A stretch of 64,000 bases of DNA from Longimicrobiales bacterium (GCA_963664435.2 CAXXKM010000001.1:64001-128000), one strand, 5' to 3'. Shown: positions 48,614 through 62,401, numbered from the stretch's first letter. The notes: a model not told the origin generated them from the sequence alone. Numbers and translations are program-made.

Positions 48614-48619
48614 TATACT
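48614..48619 (+). promoter_or_regulatory. -10 element of a probable leaderless metH promoter
   Basis: TATACT ends 6 nt before the ATG; no Shine-Dalgarno sequence. Confidence 0.5.
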
Positions 48620-48625
48620 GACGCA

Positions 48626-52353
<3,728 letters not shown>

Positions 52354-52357
<4 letters not shown>

Positions 52358-54204
52358 GCGTGACGCTGCGCCACCTCATCGCCGACGGGCGCGCCCATGT
52401 CGCGGACGGCGCCATGGGCACGATGCTCTACGGACGGGGCGTCTTCGTGAACGTCTGCTACGACGAGCTCAACGTCGAGCAGCCGGACATGGTGCGGGAG
52501 GTGCACGAGGAGTACGTGCACGCCGGGGCCGAAGTCCTCGAGACCAACACCTTCGGCGCCAATCCGGTGAAGCTGTCCGGCTTCGGCCTGGACCCGCGCA
52601 CCGAAGCCATCAACCGGGCGGGAGCGGAGCTGGCGCGCGAGGCGGCCGCGGGGCGGGCCAGCGTGGCGGGCGCGGTAGGCCCGCTGGGCATCCGCATCGA
52701 GCCGTGGGGGGCGACGTCCTTCGAGGAGGCCGTGGATTTCTTCCGGCGGCAGGTGCGGGGGCTGCTGGAGGGCGGGGTGGACGGGTTCTGCCTGGAGACC
52801 TTCAGCGACCTGAGTGAGCTGGAGGCGGCCTTCCGGGCGGTGCGCTCGCTCACCGACCTGCCGGTGCTGGCGCAGGTCACCATCGGCGAGAACGGCGCCA
52901 CGCCGGGGGGCACCACCATGGAGGCGGCGGGAGCCGCGATGGCCGCGTGGGGGGTGGAGGTGGCCGGAATAAACTGCTCGGTGGGGCCGGCGATCATGCT
53001 GGACGCGGTGGAGCGCCTGGCCGCGAGTTCCGGGCTGCCCGCCTCCGCGCAGCCCAACGCCGGACTGCCGCGGGTGGTCGAGAACCGCCAGATCTACATG
53101 GCCAGCCCGGAGTACATGGGCCAGTACGCCCGCCGCCTGATCGCCGCGGGCGCGCGCTTCGTGGGAGGATGTTGCGGCACCACGCCCGCCCACGTGCGCA
53201 AGATCCGCGACCACGTGGCCAGCGTGCAGCCGGGGCGGGTGCGGGCGACCGCGCGCGCCGAGCCCGCCGAACTGCCGGGCCGGTCCGGGGTGCCGCTCGC
53301 CGGGCGCTCGGCGTGGGGGAGGAAGCTCGCCGCCGGGCAGTTCGTCACCACCGTGCAGATCGCCGCCCCGCGCGGATGGCGCATGGAGGAGACCACCCGC
53401 AGGGCACGCGCGCTGGCCCGTGACGGGGTGGACGCGGTCTTCGTGGTCGGCGGCACCCGCGGACAGGCGCACATGGACGCCCTGACCACGGCCATGCTGC
53501 TCGGCGCCCGCGCGGGGATCGAGCCGCTGGTGCGCTACGTCTGCCGCGACCGCGACATGCACGGCATGATCCGCGACCTCCTGGGGGCGTCGGCCGCCGG
53601 CATCCGCAACCTCGTGATCGTGAGCGGCGAGTCCACCAGCCTGGGACCCTACGCCGACTCCACCGCGATCTCCGACATCGACTCGATCGGTCTGGTGAAC
53701 GTGGTGCAGCGCCTGAACCGCGGCCTGGACGCGGGCGGCAACGACATCGGCGCGCCCACCGAGCTGGTGGCGGGAGTCGGGCTCGACCAGGCGGCGGTCG
53801 ACCAGGCGCTCGAGCTCAGCCGCTTCGCGTGGAAAGTGGACGCGGGGGCGGACTTCGCGGTCACGCGGCCGCTGTTCGACCCCCGGCGCCTGGAGGGGTT
53901 CCTGGCGCGCGCCGGCACCCGCGTCCCTGTGATCGCGACCCTGTTCCCCCTCGCCTCCCTGCGCGACGCCGAGTTCATGGCCAACGAGGTGCCGGGGGTG
54001 GAAGTACCGGAGCGGATCGTGCGACGGATGCGGGCGGCCGAGCGGAAGAGCCCCACGCACGCCCGCGCGGAGGGACTGGCGATCGCGGGGGAGATGTTCG
54101 CCGGCGTGCGGCACCTGGTGCGCGGGGTGCGCATACGCCTCCCCGACGACGACCTGAGCCGGGCGTCCGAACTGCTCGGCTCACTCGAGGTGCAGCGGGG
54201 GTAG
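52354..54204 (+). CDS. yitJ: Homocysteine S-methyltransferase / MTHFR-fold fusion (YitJ-like); MTHFR half degenerate
   Basis: GTGA overlap with met[31 protein letters not shown]-terminal [12 protein letters not shown]. Confidence 0.88.
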
Positions 54205-54382
54205 ACGGAGGCCCATTCACAGCGGTCCCCGGAGTCATCGGGCCGCCCCGCCGACTTGCCAGAGCGCGGGCCGGGCGGCTAGATGCCTGAATCGGACGCG
54301 CGGCGGGGACGCGCGACGGACGGGATTGACGAGGCCGACCGGCCCGGAACCATCCGGGACGGTTTGCATCACGGAGGACGCG

Positions 54383-56674
54383 GTGCAGGTACAGGAACGG
54401 CACATGGGGTTGTTCGGCGCCACCGTCCTGGGGGTGGGCGCCATCGTGGGCGGCGGGATCCTCGCGCTCGCCGGCACCGCCTTCACGGTCGCCGGGCCGG
54501 GCGCCATGGTCGCCTTCGCCCTGAACGGCGGCATCGCCCTCCTGACCGCGGCCAGCTTCGCCCGCCTGGCCCGTCGCTTCCCCGAGTCCGGCGGCACCTA
54601 CACCTACGCCAAGAACGTCTTCTCCATCGAACTGGCCTTCGTGGTCGGCTGGGTGGTGTGGTTCGCCTCGATCGTGGCCGGGGTGCTCTACGCGCTCGGG
54701 TTCGCGGCGTTCTTCATGGAGGGGCTGCTGCGCGCCCTGCCGCAGCTGGCCGACACCCGGGTGGGCAGCGACGCCGCGCGCCTGGCCGCGGCCGCGATCG
54801 CCATCGGCGCCTACATGCTGGCGCTGGTCCGGCGCGCGGCGGGGGGCGGCACCGCGGAGACCATCGGCAAGGTGGTGGTATTCGCCGTGGTCATCGCCGG
54901 CGGGGCGTGGGCGTGGGCCACCGGGTCGCCGGGTGAGCTCGCCGACCGGCTGAACCCGTTCCTCACCGAGGGAGCGGGCGGGGTGGTGCGGGCGATGGGC
55001 TACACCTTCATCGCGCTCCAGGGGTTCGACCTGATCGCCGCGGTGGGGGGGGAGGTGCGCGATCCCCAGCGGACCCTCCCGCGCGCCATGTACCTCTCGC
55101 TCGGCATCGCGCTCGCGCTCTACCTGCCCATGCTCTTCCTGTTCGCCACGGTGGGGACACCGGCGGGGGTGGGCGGGGTGGCGGCGGTGGCGGCGGCCAA
55201 CCCGGAGGGACTGGTGGCGGCCGCCGTCGAGGAGTACATGGGGGTGGCGGGGTACTGGCTGGTCATCGGCGCGGGCATCCTGTCGATGCTCTCGGCGCTC
55301 CAGGCCAACCTGCTGGGCGCGTCGCGGGTGGCCTTCGCGATGGCCCGCGACCGCACCCTTCCCCGCCGGCTGGCCCGCATGCGCGGGTCGAGCGGCACGC
55401 CGGCGACGGCGGTCGTGGTCACGGGCACGGTGGTGGCGGTGATCGCGCTCGCCGTCGGCGAGGTGCCCGCCGCCGGCGCCGCCTCGAGCCTCATCTTCCT
55501 CATCTCCTTCGCCATGGTGCACGTCGCGGCGGTGCTGATGGAGTACCGCTCGGCCTCAGGGCGCGTCCCCTTCCTGCCCATCGCGGGCGGGCTCTTCTGT
55601 GTATCGCTGGCGGCGTTCCAGATCTTCGCCGTCCCCTTCGCCGGCAGCATCGTGATGACCTGGATCGCCATCGGCACGGCGCTCTACCTCACGTTGCTGG
55701 CCCCGGCCGCGCGCCTCACCGACGTCTCCGCGGAAGCCACGCATCCCCATCTCACCCTGCTCCGGGGACGGAGCCCTCTGGTGCTGGCCCCCATCGCCAA
55801 CCCCGCCAACGCAGCGAGCCTGGTGGACATCGCGGGCACCTTGCGCACGCCGGGCTCGGGCCGCGTCCTGCTGCTCACGGTTCTCTCGCCGCCGGACACG
55901 GCGTCCGCGCCGGAATCGCGGGTCATCGACGCACAGGCCGTGCTCGGCAAATCGATGGTGCACAGCCTAGAGCACTCGCTGATCGCAGAAATCCTCTTCA
56001 CGATCGCCCCCGACCCCTGGACCGAGATCGCGCGGGTCGCGGAGGAACACCGTTGCGAAACCGTGCTGCTGGGGCTGCCCAACCTCTCCGATCCGCTGGT
56101 CGAGTCCGCGCTGGAGCGGCGCATTGCGGGAATCGGCTGCGACGTGGTGGTCGCGCGCACTCCTTCGGGCTGGTGCATGGACGAAGTCGAAAGGGTCCTG
56201 GTCCCCCTCGGAGGACATCGAGGCCACAGCCGCCCGAGGGTCCGCCTGCTCGCCAGCCTGGCGCGTACCCGGGGACGATCCATCACCTATCTGTCCACGA
56301 TGCTTCCTTCGGCGTCGAAGGAGGAACGCCGCCGTTTCGAGCGCGAGATCCACAGAATGGTGCGCGACGAGGCCGCGGGTCCCTACGAGGTGATCGTTGA
56401 AACCGCCGCGTACCCGGAGGACACCATCATCCAGCATGCCCGCGCCTCCGACCTCATCGTCATGGGCATGCGCACCGAAGCCAACGGCCGGCGGAGCCTG
56501 CGCGGCATCCCGCACTCGGTCGCCGTGGGATCCAGGAAGCCCCTGATCCTGATCGGGAGCGCCCCGCCCTCCGCCCTGGTACGTACTGGAAAGGACCTGC
56601 TGGCGCCTTCCCGGGCGGGAGGGCTTCGGTCGAACGAGTCGGACGGAGACGATCCGCAGCCTCCGGCGTCCTAG
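54383..56674 (+). CDS. APC family amino acid permease with C-terminal universal stress protein (USP) domains
   Basis: GAIVGGGIL, FPESGGTYTY, FIALQGFD, SRVAFAMARD; C-terminal VLAPIANP, VLVPLGG, SDLIVMG; GGAGG RBS before the GTG. Confidence 0.88.
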   Translation: MQVQERHMGLFGATVLGVGAIVGGGILALAGTAFTVAGPGAMVAFALNGGIALLTAASFARLARRFPESGGTYTYAKNVFSIELAFVVGWVVWFASIVAGVLYALGFAAFFMEGLLRALPQLADTRVGSDAARLAAAAIAIGAYMLALVRRAAGGGTAETIGKVVVFAVVIAGGAWAWATGSPGELADRLNPFLTEGAGGVVRAMGYTFIALQGFDLIAAVGGEVRDPQRTLPRAMYLSLGIALALYLPMLFLFATVGTPAGVGGVAAVAAANPEGLVAAAVEEYMGVAGYWLVIGAGILSMLSALQANLLGASRVAFAMARDRTLPRRLARMRGSSGTPATAVVVTGTVVAVIALAVGEVPAAGAASSLIFLISFAMVHVAAVLMEYRSASGRVPFLPIAGGLFCVSLAAFQIFAVPFAGSIVMTWIAIGTALYLTLLAPAARLTDVSAEATHPHLTLLRGRSPLVLAPIANPANAASLVDIAGTLRTPGSGRVLLLTVLSPPDTASAPESRVIDAQAVLGKSMVHSLEHSLIAEILFTIAPDPWTEIARVAEEHRCETVLLGLPNLSDPLVESALERRIAGIGCDVVVARTPSGWCMDEVERVLVPLGGHRGHSRPRVRLLASLARTRGRSITYLSTMLPSASKEERRRFEREIHRMVRDEAAGPYEVIVETAAYPEDTIIQHARASDLIVMGMRTEANGRRSLRGIPHSVAVGSRKPLILIGSAPPSALVRTGKDLLAPSRAGGLRSNESDGDDPQPPAS

Positions 56675-56802
56675 CGGCGGACACACGGGTGGCCGATCAT
56701 CCAGCCAGCCGAATGGACAGGAACGTCCCATCCTCAGACGACGGCGGAAGCACCTGAAGTCGTCTGCGCGATGCGCAAACAGCCTGTATTACGCGCGCCC
56801 TC

Positions 56803-57666
56803 TCACCCTCCCATCCCCTCCAGCGCGCGCACGATCGCGCGATACCGCCGGTCCACGCTCCCGAATCCCAGATTCGCCAGGTAGATGTTGCGCGCCCCGG
56901 CTGCCTGCAGCGCCCGGATGCTGCGCGCGCAGATCTCCGCGGCGCTCACCCCCGCCGCGAACTCGCGGGTGATCTGCTGCGCGGGGATCGGGAGAAACCG
57001 GCTCAGTCGATGCAGCGTCCCCGGGTTCGCGCTGCGGTAGAAGAAGACGCCGAAGATGGGCGGGGTGGCGACGCCCCGGCGGTCCAGCTCTTCCAGGAAT
57101 TGCTCCACCGCGGGCAGGGAGTGGTGCGACACGATCTGGGTCAGGAAGAAGTCGGCCTCGAAGTCGCCGCGCGCAATGTAGTCGACCTGAACGGCCGGAT
57201 CCGCGTGCGGGTTGGCCCATCCCCCCAGCGTGAGGGACGGGAACTCGCAGCGGATGAGGTCGCGCAGCTGGTATCCGTGCTCGACGCAGCGCGGCGGCGG
57301 GCCGGTCGTGTCGCCTCCCACCACGGCGAGCGCCTCGCAGCCGCTGGAGACCGCGCGCCGGGCGAACATCATGCAGTAGTCGAGCGAGTGCTTGGCGGTG
57401 AGGAAGGGGATGATGCGCGACGCCGGCACCCCGCGCGCCAGGTTGGCGGCGACGTGGCCGAGGCTCTCCTCCTCGGCGGCATCGACGGCGTTGTCGGTGA
57501 AGAAGATGTAGCGGTCGTCGCGCGCCAGACGCTCCAGCGTGTGGTACATGTCGATCCAGGCATCCATGCCCGCCGCGTAGGAAAGCCCGCTGCGGGGCGG
57601 CCGCAGCTCGACCGTGATGGTCGGCCCGGGCGCGCGCAGGCGCGCCAGCAGTCCGCTGTCGTGCAT
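56803..57666 (-). CDS. Stand-alone methylenetetrahydrofolate reductase-like protein (alternative GTG start at 57684)
   Basis: TVELRPP, FTDN, VVGGD, GGWANP, DFFLTQ, PIFGV. Confidence 0.75.
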   Translation of the reverse strand: MHDSGLLARLRAPGPTITVELRPPRSGLSYAAGMDAWIDMYHTLERLARDDRYIFFTDNAVDAAEEESLGHVAANLARGVPASRIIPFLTAKHSLDYCMMFARRAVSSGCEALAVVGGDTTGPPPRCVEHGYQLRDLIRCEFPSLTLGGWANPHADPAVQVDYIARGDFEADFFLTQIVSHHSLPAVEQFLEELDRRGVATPPIFGVFFYRSANPGTLHRLSRFLPIPAQQITREFAAGVSAAEICARSIRALQAAGARNIYLANLGFGSVDRRYRAIVRALEGMGG

Positions 57667-57684
57667 CTTCCGTCTCGTCTCCAC

Positions 57685-57709
57685 TAACCCTGACGTTACG
57701 TTAGGGTTA
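57685..57709. promoter_or_regulatory. 11-3-11 palindrome, MerR-type operator-like, upstream of the MTHFR-like gene
   Basis: TAACCCTGACG-TTA-CGTTAGGGTTA (1 mismatch). Confidence 0.55.
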
Positions 57710-57757
57710 AGGACGCGGGGTGGGCTGACGGCCTGCAGAAGCCGGTACGAACCTGAC

Positions 57758-59089
57758 TCATCGCCCCCCCGCCAGCCCCTCCACGGCGCCCGCTTCCGTG
57801 GGCAGCTCCGCGGTGAGGTTCTCCACCCCCGAGGCGGTAACCAGCACGTCGTCCTCGATGCGGATGCCGATTCCGGCGAAACGGGCCGCGGATCCCTCGG
57901 CGTCCTCGTGGAAGTAGAGGCCCGGCTCGACCGTGAGCACCATCCCCTCCCCGAGTGGCCGGGACCTGCCGTCGACGGCGTAGTCGCCGACGTCGTGGGT
58001 GTCGAGCCCGAGCCAGTGGGAGGTCTGGTGCGGGAAGAACCGGCGGAGCGCGGCGCTTTCCTCCGCCACGCCGCCGGGCCTGGCCAGGACGCCGAGCGAG
58101 GCCAGGCCGTCGGCCAGCACGGCGCACGCGGCCCCGTGCACCGTGCCCACCGACACCCCCGGCGCCGCGGCCGCGACCGCGGCCGCGCGCGCCTGGTCCA
58201 CGATCTCGTAGACGGCCAGCTGCTCCGGGGTGAAGCGCCCGTCCACCGGGTAGGTGCGGGTCACGTCGGCGCAGTAGTGGCCGAGCTCGGCGGCCGCGTC
58301 CACCAGCACCAGTTCGCCCGACCGCGCCCGGCGCCGGTTCTCCGCGTAGTGCAGCACACAGGCGTTGGCGCCCGACGCGACGATGGACGGATAGGCGGGC
58401 GTCGAACCCCCGTGCCGGCGGAACACCGCCTCGAGGGCCGCCTGCAGCTCCCACTCCCCCACCCCGGGTCGAAGCTCCCCGGCGAGCGCCCGGTGACCGG
58501 CGACCGTCAGCGCGGCCGCGTTCCGCAGCGACTCCACCTCCCCGGCGTCCTTGCGGAGCCGCATCTCGTCCAGAATCCCGCCCGGATCGACGACTCCGCG
58601 CGGCCCCGTTCCCTTTCGCGCGCCGCGGGTACGGGCATGCGCCAGTGCGCCCCGCACCAGCCGGTCCACCCAGGGATCCGATCCCAGCCTGAAGAAGACG
58701 TGGCTCGCTCCCTCGAGCAGGGTCCCCAGCTCCTGGCCGAGTTCCTGCAGAGGATGACAGGCGTCGGCGCCCAGCCGTTCGCAGGCAGCCTCGGGGCCGA
58801 GTCGCTTCCCGCCCCAGAGCTCCGCGGTCGCATCGCGCGGCCGGACGAAGAGCACGCAGCGGCTCGATTCGGCGAATCCGCGCAGGACCAGGACGCTGCC
58901 GGGCTCGGTGAAGCCGGTCAGGTAGAAGAACTCGGAGTCCGGGCGGTAGGGCGAAGGGTCGGCGCCCCGCCGGCACGCGTCCGCCGCAGCCGGAAGCACC
59001 ATGACGGCGTCGCCCAGCTCGTCGAGCACCAGTGCCCGGCGCTCGCGGAAAATGTCCGCCGCGGGTTCGAAGGTCCCGGTCGTCATCAC
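57758..59089 (-). CDS. pepP: Xaa-Pro aminopeptidase (M24B)
   Basis: YRPDSEFFYLTGF.EP, LHY.EN, LVDA..E..Y.ADVTRT, H.TSHWLGLDTHD, TVEPGLY, GIRIEDDV. Confidence 0.93.
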   Translation of the reverse strand: MMTTGTFEPAADIFRERRALVLDELGDAVMVLPAAADACRRGADPSPYRPDSEFFYLTGFTEPGSVLVLRGFAESSRCVLFVRPRDATAELWGGKRLGPEAACERLGADACHPLQELGQELGTLLEGASHVFFRLGSDPWVDRLVRGALAHARTRGARKGTGPRGVVDPGGILDEMRLRKDAGEVESLRNAAALTVAGHRALAGELRPGVGEWELQAALEAVFRRHGGSTPAYPSIVASGANACVLHYAENRRRARSGELVLVDAAAELGHYCADVTRTYPVDGRFTPEQLAVYEIVDQARAAAVAAAAPGVSVGTVHGAACAVLADGLASLGVLARPGGVAEESAALRRFFPHQTSHWLGLDTHDVGDYAVDGRSRPLGEGMVLTVEPGLYFHEDAEGSAARFAGIGIRIEDDVLVTASGVENLTAELPTEAGAVEGLAGGR

Positions 59090-60126
59090 GCGCCCGCCCG
59101 GGCGGCGACCATCTCAAGCCCCGCCTCCACCAGCGTCCACTGCAGCTTCATCTGGTCTTCCACGGGCATGGGCCGGATGCCGAGCCGGATGCCCTCGCGG
59201 GTAACCTCTGCCGGTGAGGCGCGGCCGGCCGCCAGCTCCGCCCTCCAGCCGTCGATGCGGACCTTCCACCGGGCCGCCACCGGATCCGGAGGACCCAGCG
59301 TCTCCCCGGCCCCCGGCGTGATGAACAGCGGCATCTCCGTCACCAGCGTGAGCGTGTCGCCCCCCAGCGCACGCACCGCCTCCATCGAGCTGGGACGGAA
59401 GCGCCCCGCCGTGGCCTCGTCTCCCAGCCCCAGGAAGTGCTCGCGCATGGCGTTGTGGTTCGGGCGCGTGCAGAAGCCGGGCGCGATGCGCACGAACCCC
59501 TTCTCCCCTTCCCGCTCCACGTCGTGCAGCCGGTATCCCATGTCGCGCACCACTTCCGCGCAGCGGGCGCGCAGGGATACGGTCCGATCGACCCAGTGGG
59601 GATCGATGAGGAACCAGGGTCCCGACGAGAACCCCATCCCGTGCAGCGAGACGTGCAGGTCGAAGGCCCCGCCGGCGCCGGTCCACCACTGGCCGGCAGC
59701 CCGGTTCTCGGGCCTGGCGCCCGCGTCATCGGGGTCCGCGGGAAACCCGAACTCGATGTCGTCCCCGGGGAGCTCGCGCACGACGTGCGCCAGGTACTCG
59801 CCCAGTTCGAAGTCGAGCCCGCCCGCCTGCCATGCGCGATTGCGCGCGGCCCCGTCGGGATTCACGTGCGGCACGATCCACCACTCGAAGCACGCGAGCA
59901 TCGGATGGTCCGGGGCCAGCCCGCCCAGCCATCCGCACAGCCTCTCGAGCAGCGCCGGGCCCACGGGCTCGTCGGCGTGGCATCCCCCGAGCAGGCTCAC
60001 GCGCAGGGATCCGGAGCCGAATCGGAAGCCGTGGACGGGGCGCCCATCCCTCGATGTTCCGATGCGCGTCCCGGCATCCCGGCCCGCGGGCGGCGCCTCG
60101 AGGATTCGGGCAGGATCCGTACCCAT
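59086..60126 (-). CDS. M14 family zinc carboxypeptidase-like protein (ORF open to 60201)
   Basis: IGTSRDGRP, GGCHADEP (HxxE), PHVNPDG, SLHG, TEMP. Confidence 0.8.
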   Translation of the reverse strand: MGTDPARILEAPPAGRDAGTRIGTSRDGRPVHGFRFGSGSLRVSLLGGCHADEPVGPALLERLCGWLGGLAPDHPMLACFEWWIVPHVNPDGAARNRAWQAGGLDFELGEYLAHVVRELPGDDIEFGFPADPDDAGARPENRAAGQWWTGAGGAFDLHVSLHGMGFSSGPWFLIDPHWVDRTVSLRARCAEVVRDMGYRLHDVEREGEKGFVRIAPGFCTRPNHNAMREHFLGLGDEATAGRFRPSSMEAVRALGGDTLTLVTEMPLFITPGAGETLGPPDPVAARWKVRIDGWRAELAAGRASPAEVTREGIRLGIRPMPVEDQMKLQWTLVEAGLEMVAARAGA

Positions 60127-60247
60127 GCCCACGCCCGACTCGCGCATGCGCCTACCGGATTCGCGCATGACTCCGGACTCGCGCAGCGCGCATTCCGTCA
60201 TCGGGCTCGCGCACGCCCCTCGGGGATTGGCGCATGTCCCTCCGAAG

Positions 60248-62401
60248 CTACCGTCGCTGGCTGGTCACGGTCTCCTCTTCGTCGATCAGCCAATGCACCA
60301 TCCAGCTGCGGATGCGCTCCAGCCGATCCACCAGCAGCCACGGCTCGCCCGTGCGCGAGAGACCGTGGCTGGAGCGGGGATAGCGCACCAGCTCCACCGG
60401 CACGCGCAGCTTCTTGAGCGACATGAACCACTGCTCGGCGTCGGGCATCGGCGTGCGCCAGTCCTGCTCGGAATGGATGAGCAGCGTGGGCGCGGTCACG
60501 TTCTCGACATAGGAGATGGGCGACAGGCGCCGGTACAGGTCCCGCTCCTCCCAGGGGGTTCCGCCGAACTCGTATTCGGTGAGCCCCTGGGCGTCCGAGG
60601 TGCCCCACCAGCTCTCCCAGTTGGTGATCGAGCGGCTGGAGGCCGAGGCGGCGAAGCGGTCGGTGGTGGCGGTCAGCCAGTTGGACATGAAACCGCCGTA
60701 GCTCCCTCCGGAGACGCCCAGCCGCTCCGGATCGACGGCGGGATAGGCCGCGAGGGTGGCGTCCACGCCGGCGAGGTAGTCCTCGCGGTCGACGATGCCC
60801 CATTGCTCGCGGGTGGCGTACTGGAAGGCGTGCCCGTAGCCCGAGGAGCCGCGCGGGTTGGTGTAGAGGACGTAGAAGCCCGCGGCGGAGAGCACGTGGA
60901 AGGTCGGGAAGAAGGTGTTGCCGTAGGCGCTGTGCGGCCCGCCGTGGATCTTGAGCACCATCGGGTAGCTGCCTCCGGGGACTTCGTCCACCGGCCGCAC
61001 CACCCAGCCTTCGACCTCGACGCTGTCCTCCATCATCCAGGCGATGCGCTCGGCGGGCATGAGGGTGATGTCGGAGAGCCAGTCGTCGTTGAAGCCGGTC
61101 GCCTTCTGCTCGGTGGAGCCGTCGCCGGCCGCCACGTAGAGCTCGGCCGGAGTCACCGGGTCGGTGGCGGTGAACGCCATCACGCCGTCGTCGGACGTGA
61201 ACGAGAAGCCCGACAGGCGCCGGTCGCCCGCGGTGACCTGCGCGATCTGGCCGCCGGTTGCCGGGACGGCGAACAGGTGGGCGTTGCCTCCGGTCCCCGC
61301 GGAGAAGCGGATCCGGCCGCCGTCCTCCGACCAGGAGGGCGCGCCCGGCTGCAGGTCCCAGTCCGCGGTGAGGTTCAGGGCCAGGCCCCGCAGGCTGCCG
61401 TCCGGCCCCACGTCCTGCACCAGGATATCGGTCTGCTCGCCGCGCGCCGGGCTCGACAGGTAGGCGATGGAGCCGCCGTCCGGCGAGAGCGCAGGCGCCG
61501 ACTCGCTGCCCGGGTTGGTGGTGAGCCGGCGAACCGACCCGCCCGTCACCGCCACCGACCAGATGTCGCCCGTGTTGTCGGGGTTGTGCTCGTCGTCCTG
61601 GCGTTCGTTGCCGGTGAAGAAGATGCGCCGGCCGTCCGACGACCAGGCGACCCCGCCCACATCGAACTGCAGGTCGGTGAGCTGCCGCGCGGTGCCGCCC
61701 TCGGCGGGGACCACGAACAGCTGGGTCCTTTCTCGCAGCGAGTAGTGCGGAAGCAGGGGATGCACGCCGTCGCGCTTGTAGCGCATGGCGGTAATCACGT
61801 GACCGTCGAAGCGCTCGGCGTCCAGCGTGCCGGTCACCGCGTCGGGCGCAATCTGCCGGTTGTCGGCCCCGTCATCGTCTTCGTCCTCCTCCGGGGCCCG
61901 GGTGAAGGCGATGCTGCGCCCATCCGGCGACCACACCGGCGCTCCCTCCACGCCCTCGATGTGGAATGCCTCGCCACCCGGCCCGTCCACCCGCAGGAAC
62001 CAGATGGGGTTCGGGTCGTCGCCCCGGCTGGAGCGGAAGGAGAGCAGGCGGCCGTCCGGCGACCATGCCGGCCCGCTCGCCTCGGAGGTCGGGTCGGAAA
62101 AGCGGATCGCTTCGCCGTCGGGCCTGCCGCCCGCGAGGGGCTGCAGCCACACCTCGCGGTGGCGCCGGTTCTCCTCCTCGATCACGCGCGTGACCGTAAA
62201 GGCGACGTACGCACCCGTCGGCGACATCGCCGGCTCCGACACACCCACGATGCGGTAGTAGTCGGTGGGCTGGAAGCCGCGCTCCTGCGCCATCAGCGGC
62301 GAGACGACGGCGGCAATCAGGGCCAGGCTCGCCGCCACGACTTTCGCGGAATGGACAAGTGGTGCGCTATGGTGTAGCGATGCATGGGGCAGGCCGAACA
62401 T
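60248..62401 (-). CDS. Secreted S9C acylaminoacyl/dipeptidyl peptidase
   Basis: AGGAGG RBS before the ATG at 62401; WSPDG repeats, IHGGPH, NPRGSSGYG, GGSYGG, HSEQDWR, SHGLSR. Confidence 0.92.
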   Translation of the reverse strand: MFGLPHASLHHSAPLVHSAKVVAASLALIAAVVSPLMAQERGFQPTDYYRIVGVSEPAMSPTGAYVAFTVTRVIEEENRRHREVWLQPLAGGRPDGEAIRFSDPTSEASGPAWSPDGRLLSFRSSRGDDPNPIWFLRVDGPGGEAFHIEGVEGAPVWSPDGRSIAFTRAPEEDEDDDGADNRQIAPDAVTGTLDAERFDGHVITAMRYKRDGVHPLLPHYSLRERTQLFVVPAEGGTARQLTDLQFDVGGVAWSSDGRRIFFTGNERQDDEHNPDNTGDIWSVAVTGGSVRRLTTNPGSESAPALSPDGGSIAYLSSPARGEQTDILVQDVGPDGSLRGLALNLTADWDLQPGAPSWSEDGGRIRFSAGTGGNAHLFAVPATGGQIAQVTAGDRRLSGFSFTSDDGVMAFTATDPVTPAELYVAAGDGSTEQKATGFNDDWLSDITLMPAERIAWMMEDSVEVEGWVVRPVDEVPGGSYPMVLKIHGGPHSAYGNTFFPTFHVLSAAGFYVLYTNPRGSSGYGHAFQYATREQWGIVDREDYLAGVDATLAAYPAVDPERLGVSGGSYGGFMSNWLTATTDRFAASASSRSITNWESWWGTSDAQGLTEYEFGGTPWEERDLYRRLSPISYVENVTAPTLLIHSEQDWRTPMPDAEQWFMSLKKLRVPVELVRYPRSSHGLSRTGEPWLLVDRLERIRSWMVHWLIDEEETVTSQRR

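Noticed and set aside
48423..48625. SAM or cobalamin riboswitch before metH
   Set aside because: No recognisable SAM-I core or B12 box by eye, and a -10 element sits directly before the ATG; an Rfam scan was not possible.
56733..56766. CAGACGAC...GTCGTCTG hairpin as an integron attC site
   Set aside because: Lacks RYYYAAC/GTTRRRY ends and there is no integrase; more likely a 3'-end structure between convergent genes.
57614..62377. 1587-aa plus-strand ORF and other very long ORFs (571-3309, 18918-22256, 11311-13368, 49694-52240)
   Set aside because: Antisense shadows of genuine genes in high-GC DNA; Arg/Pro/Ala-rich with no recognisable motifs.
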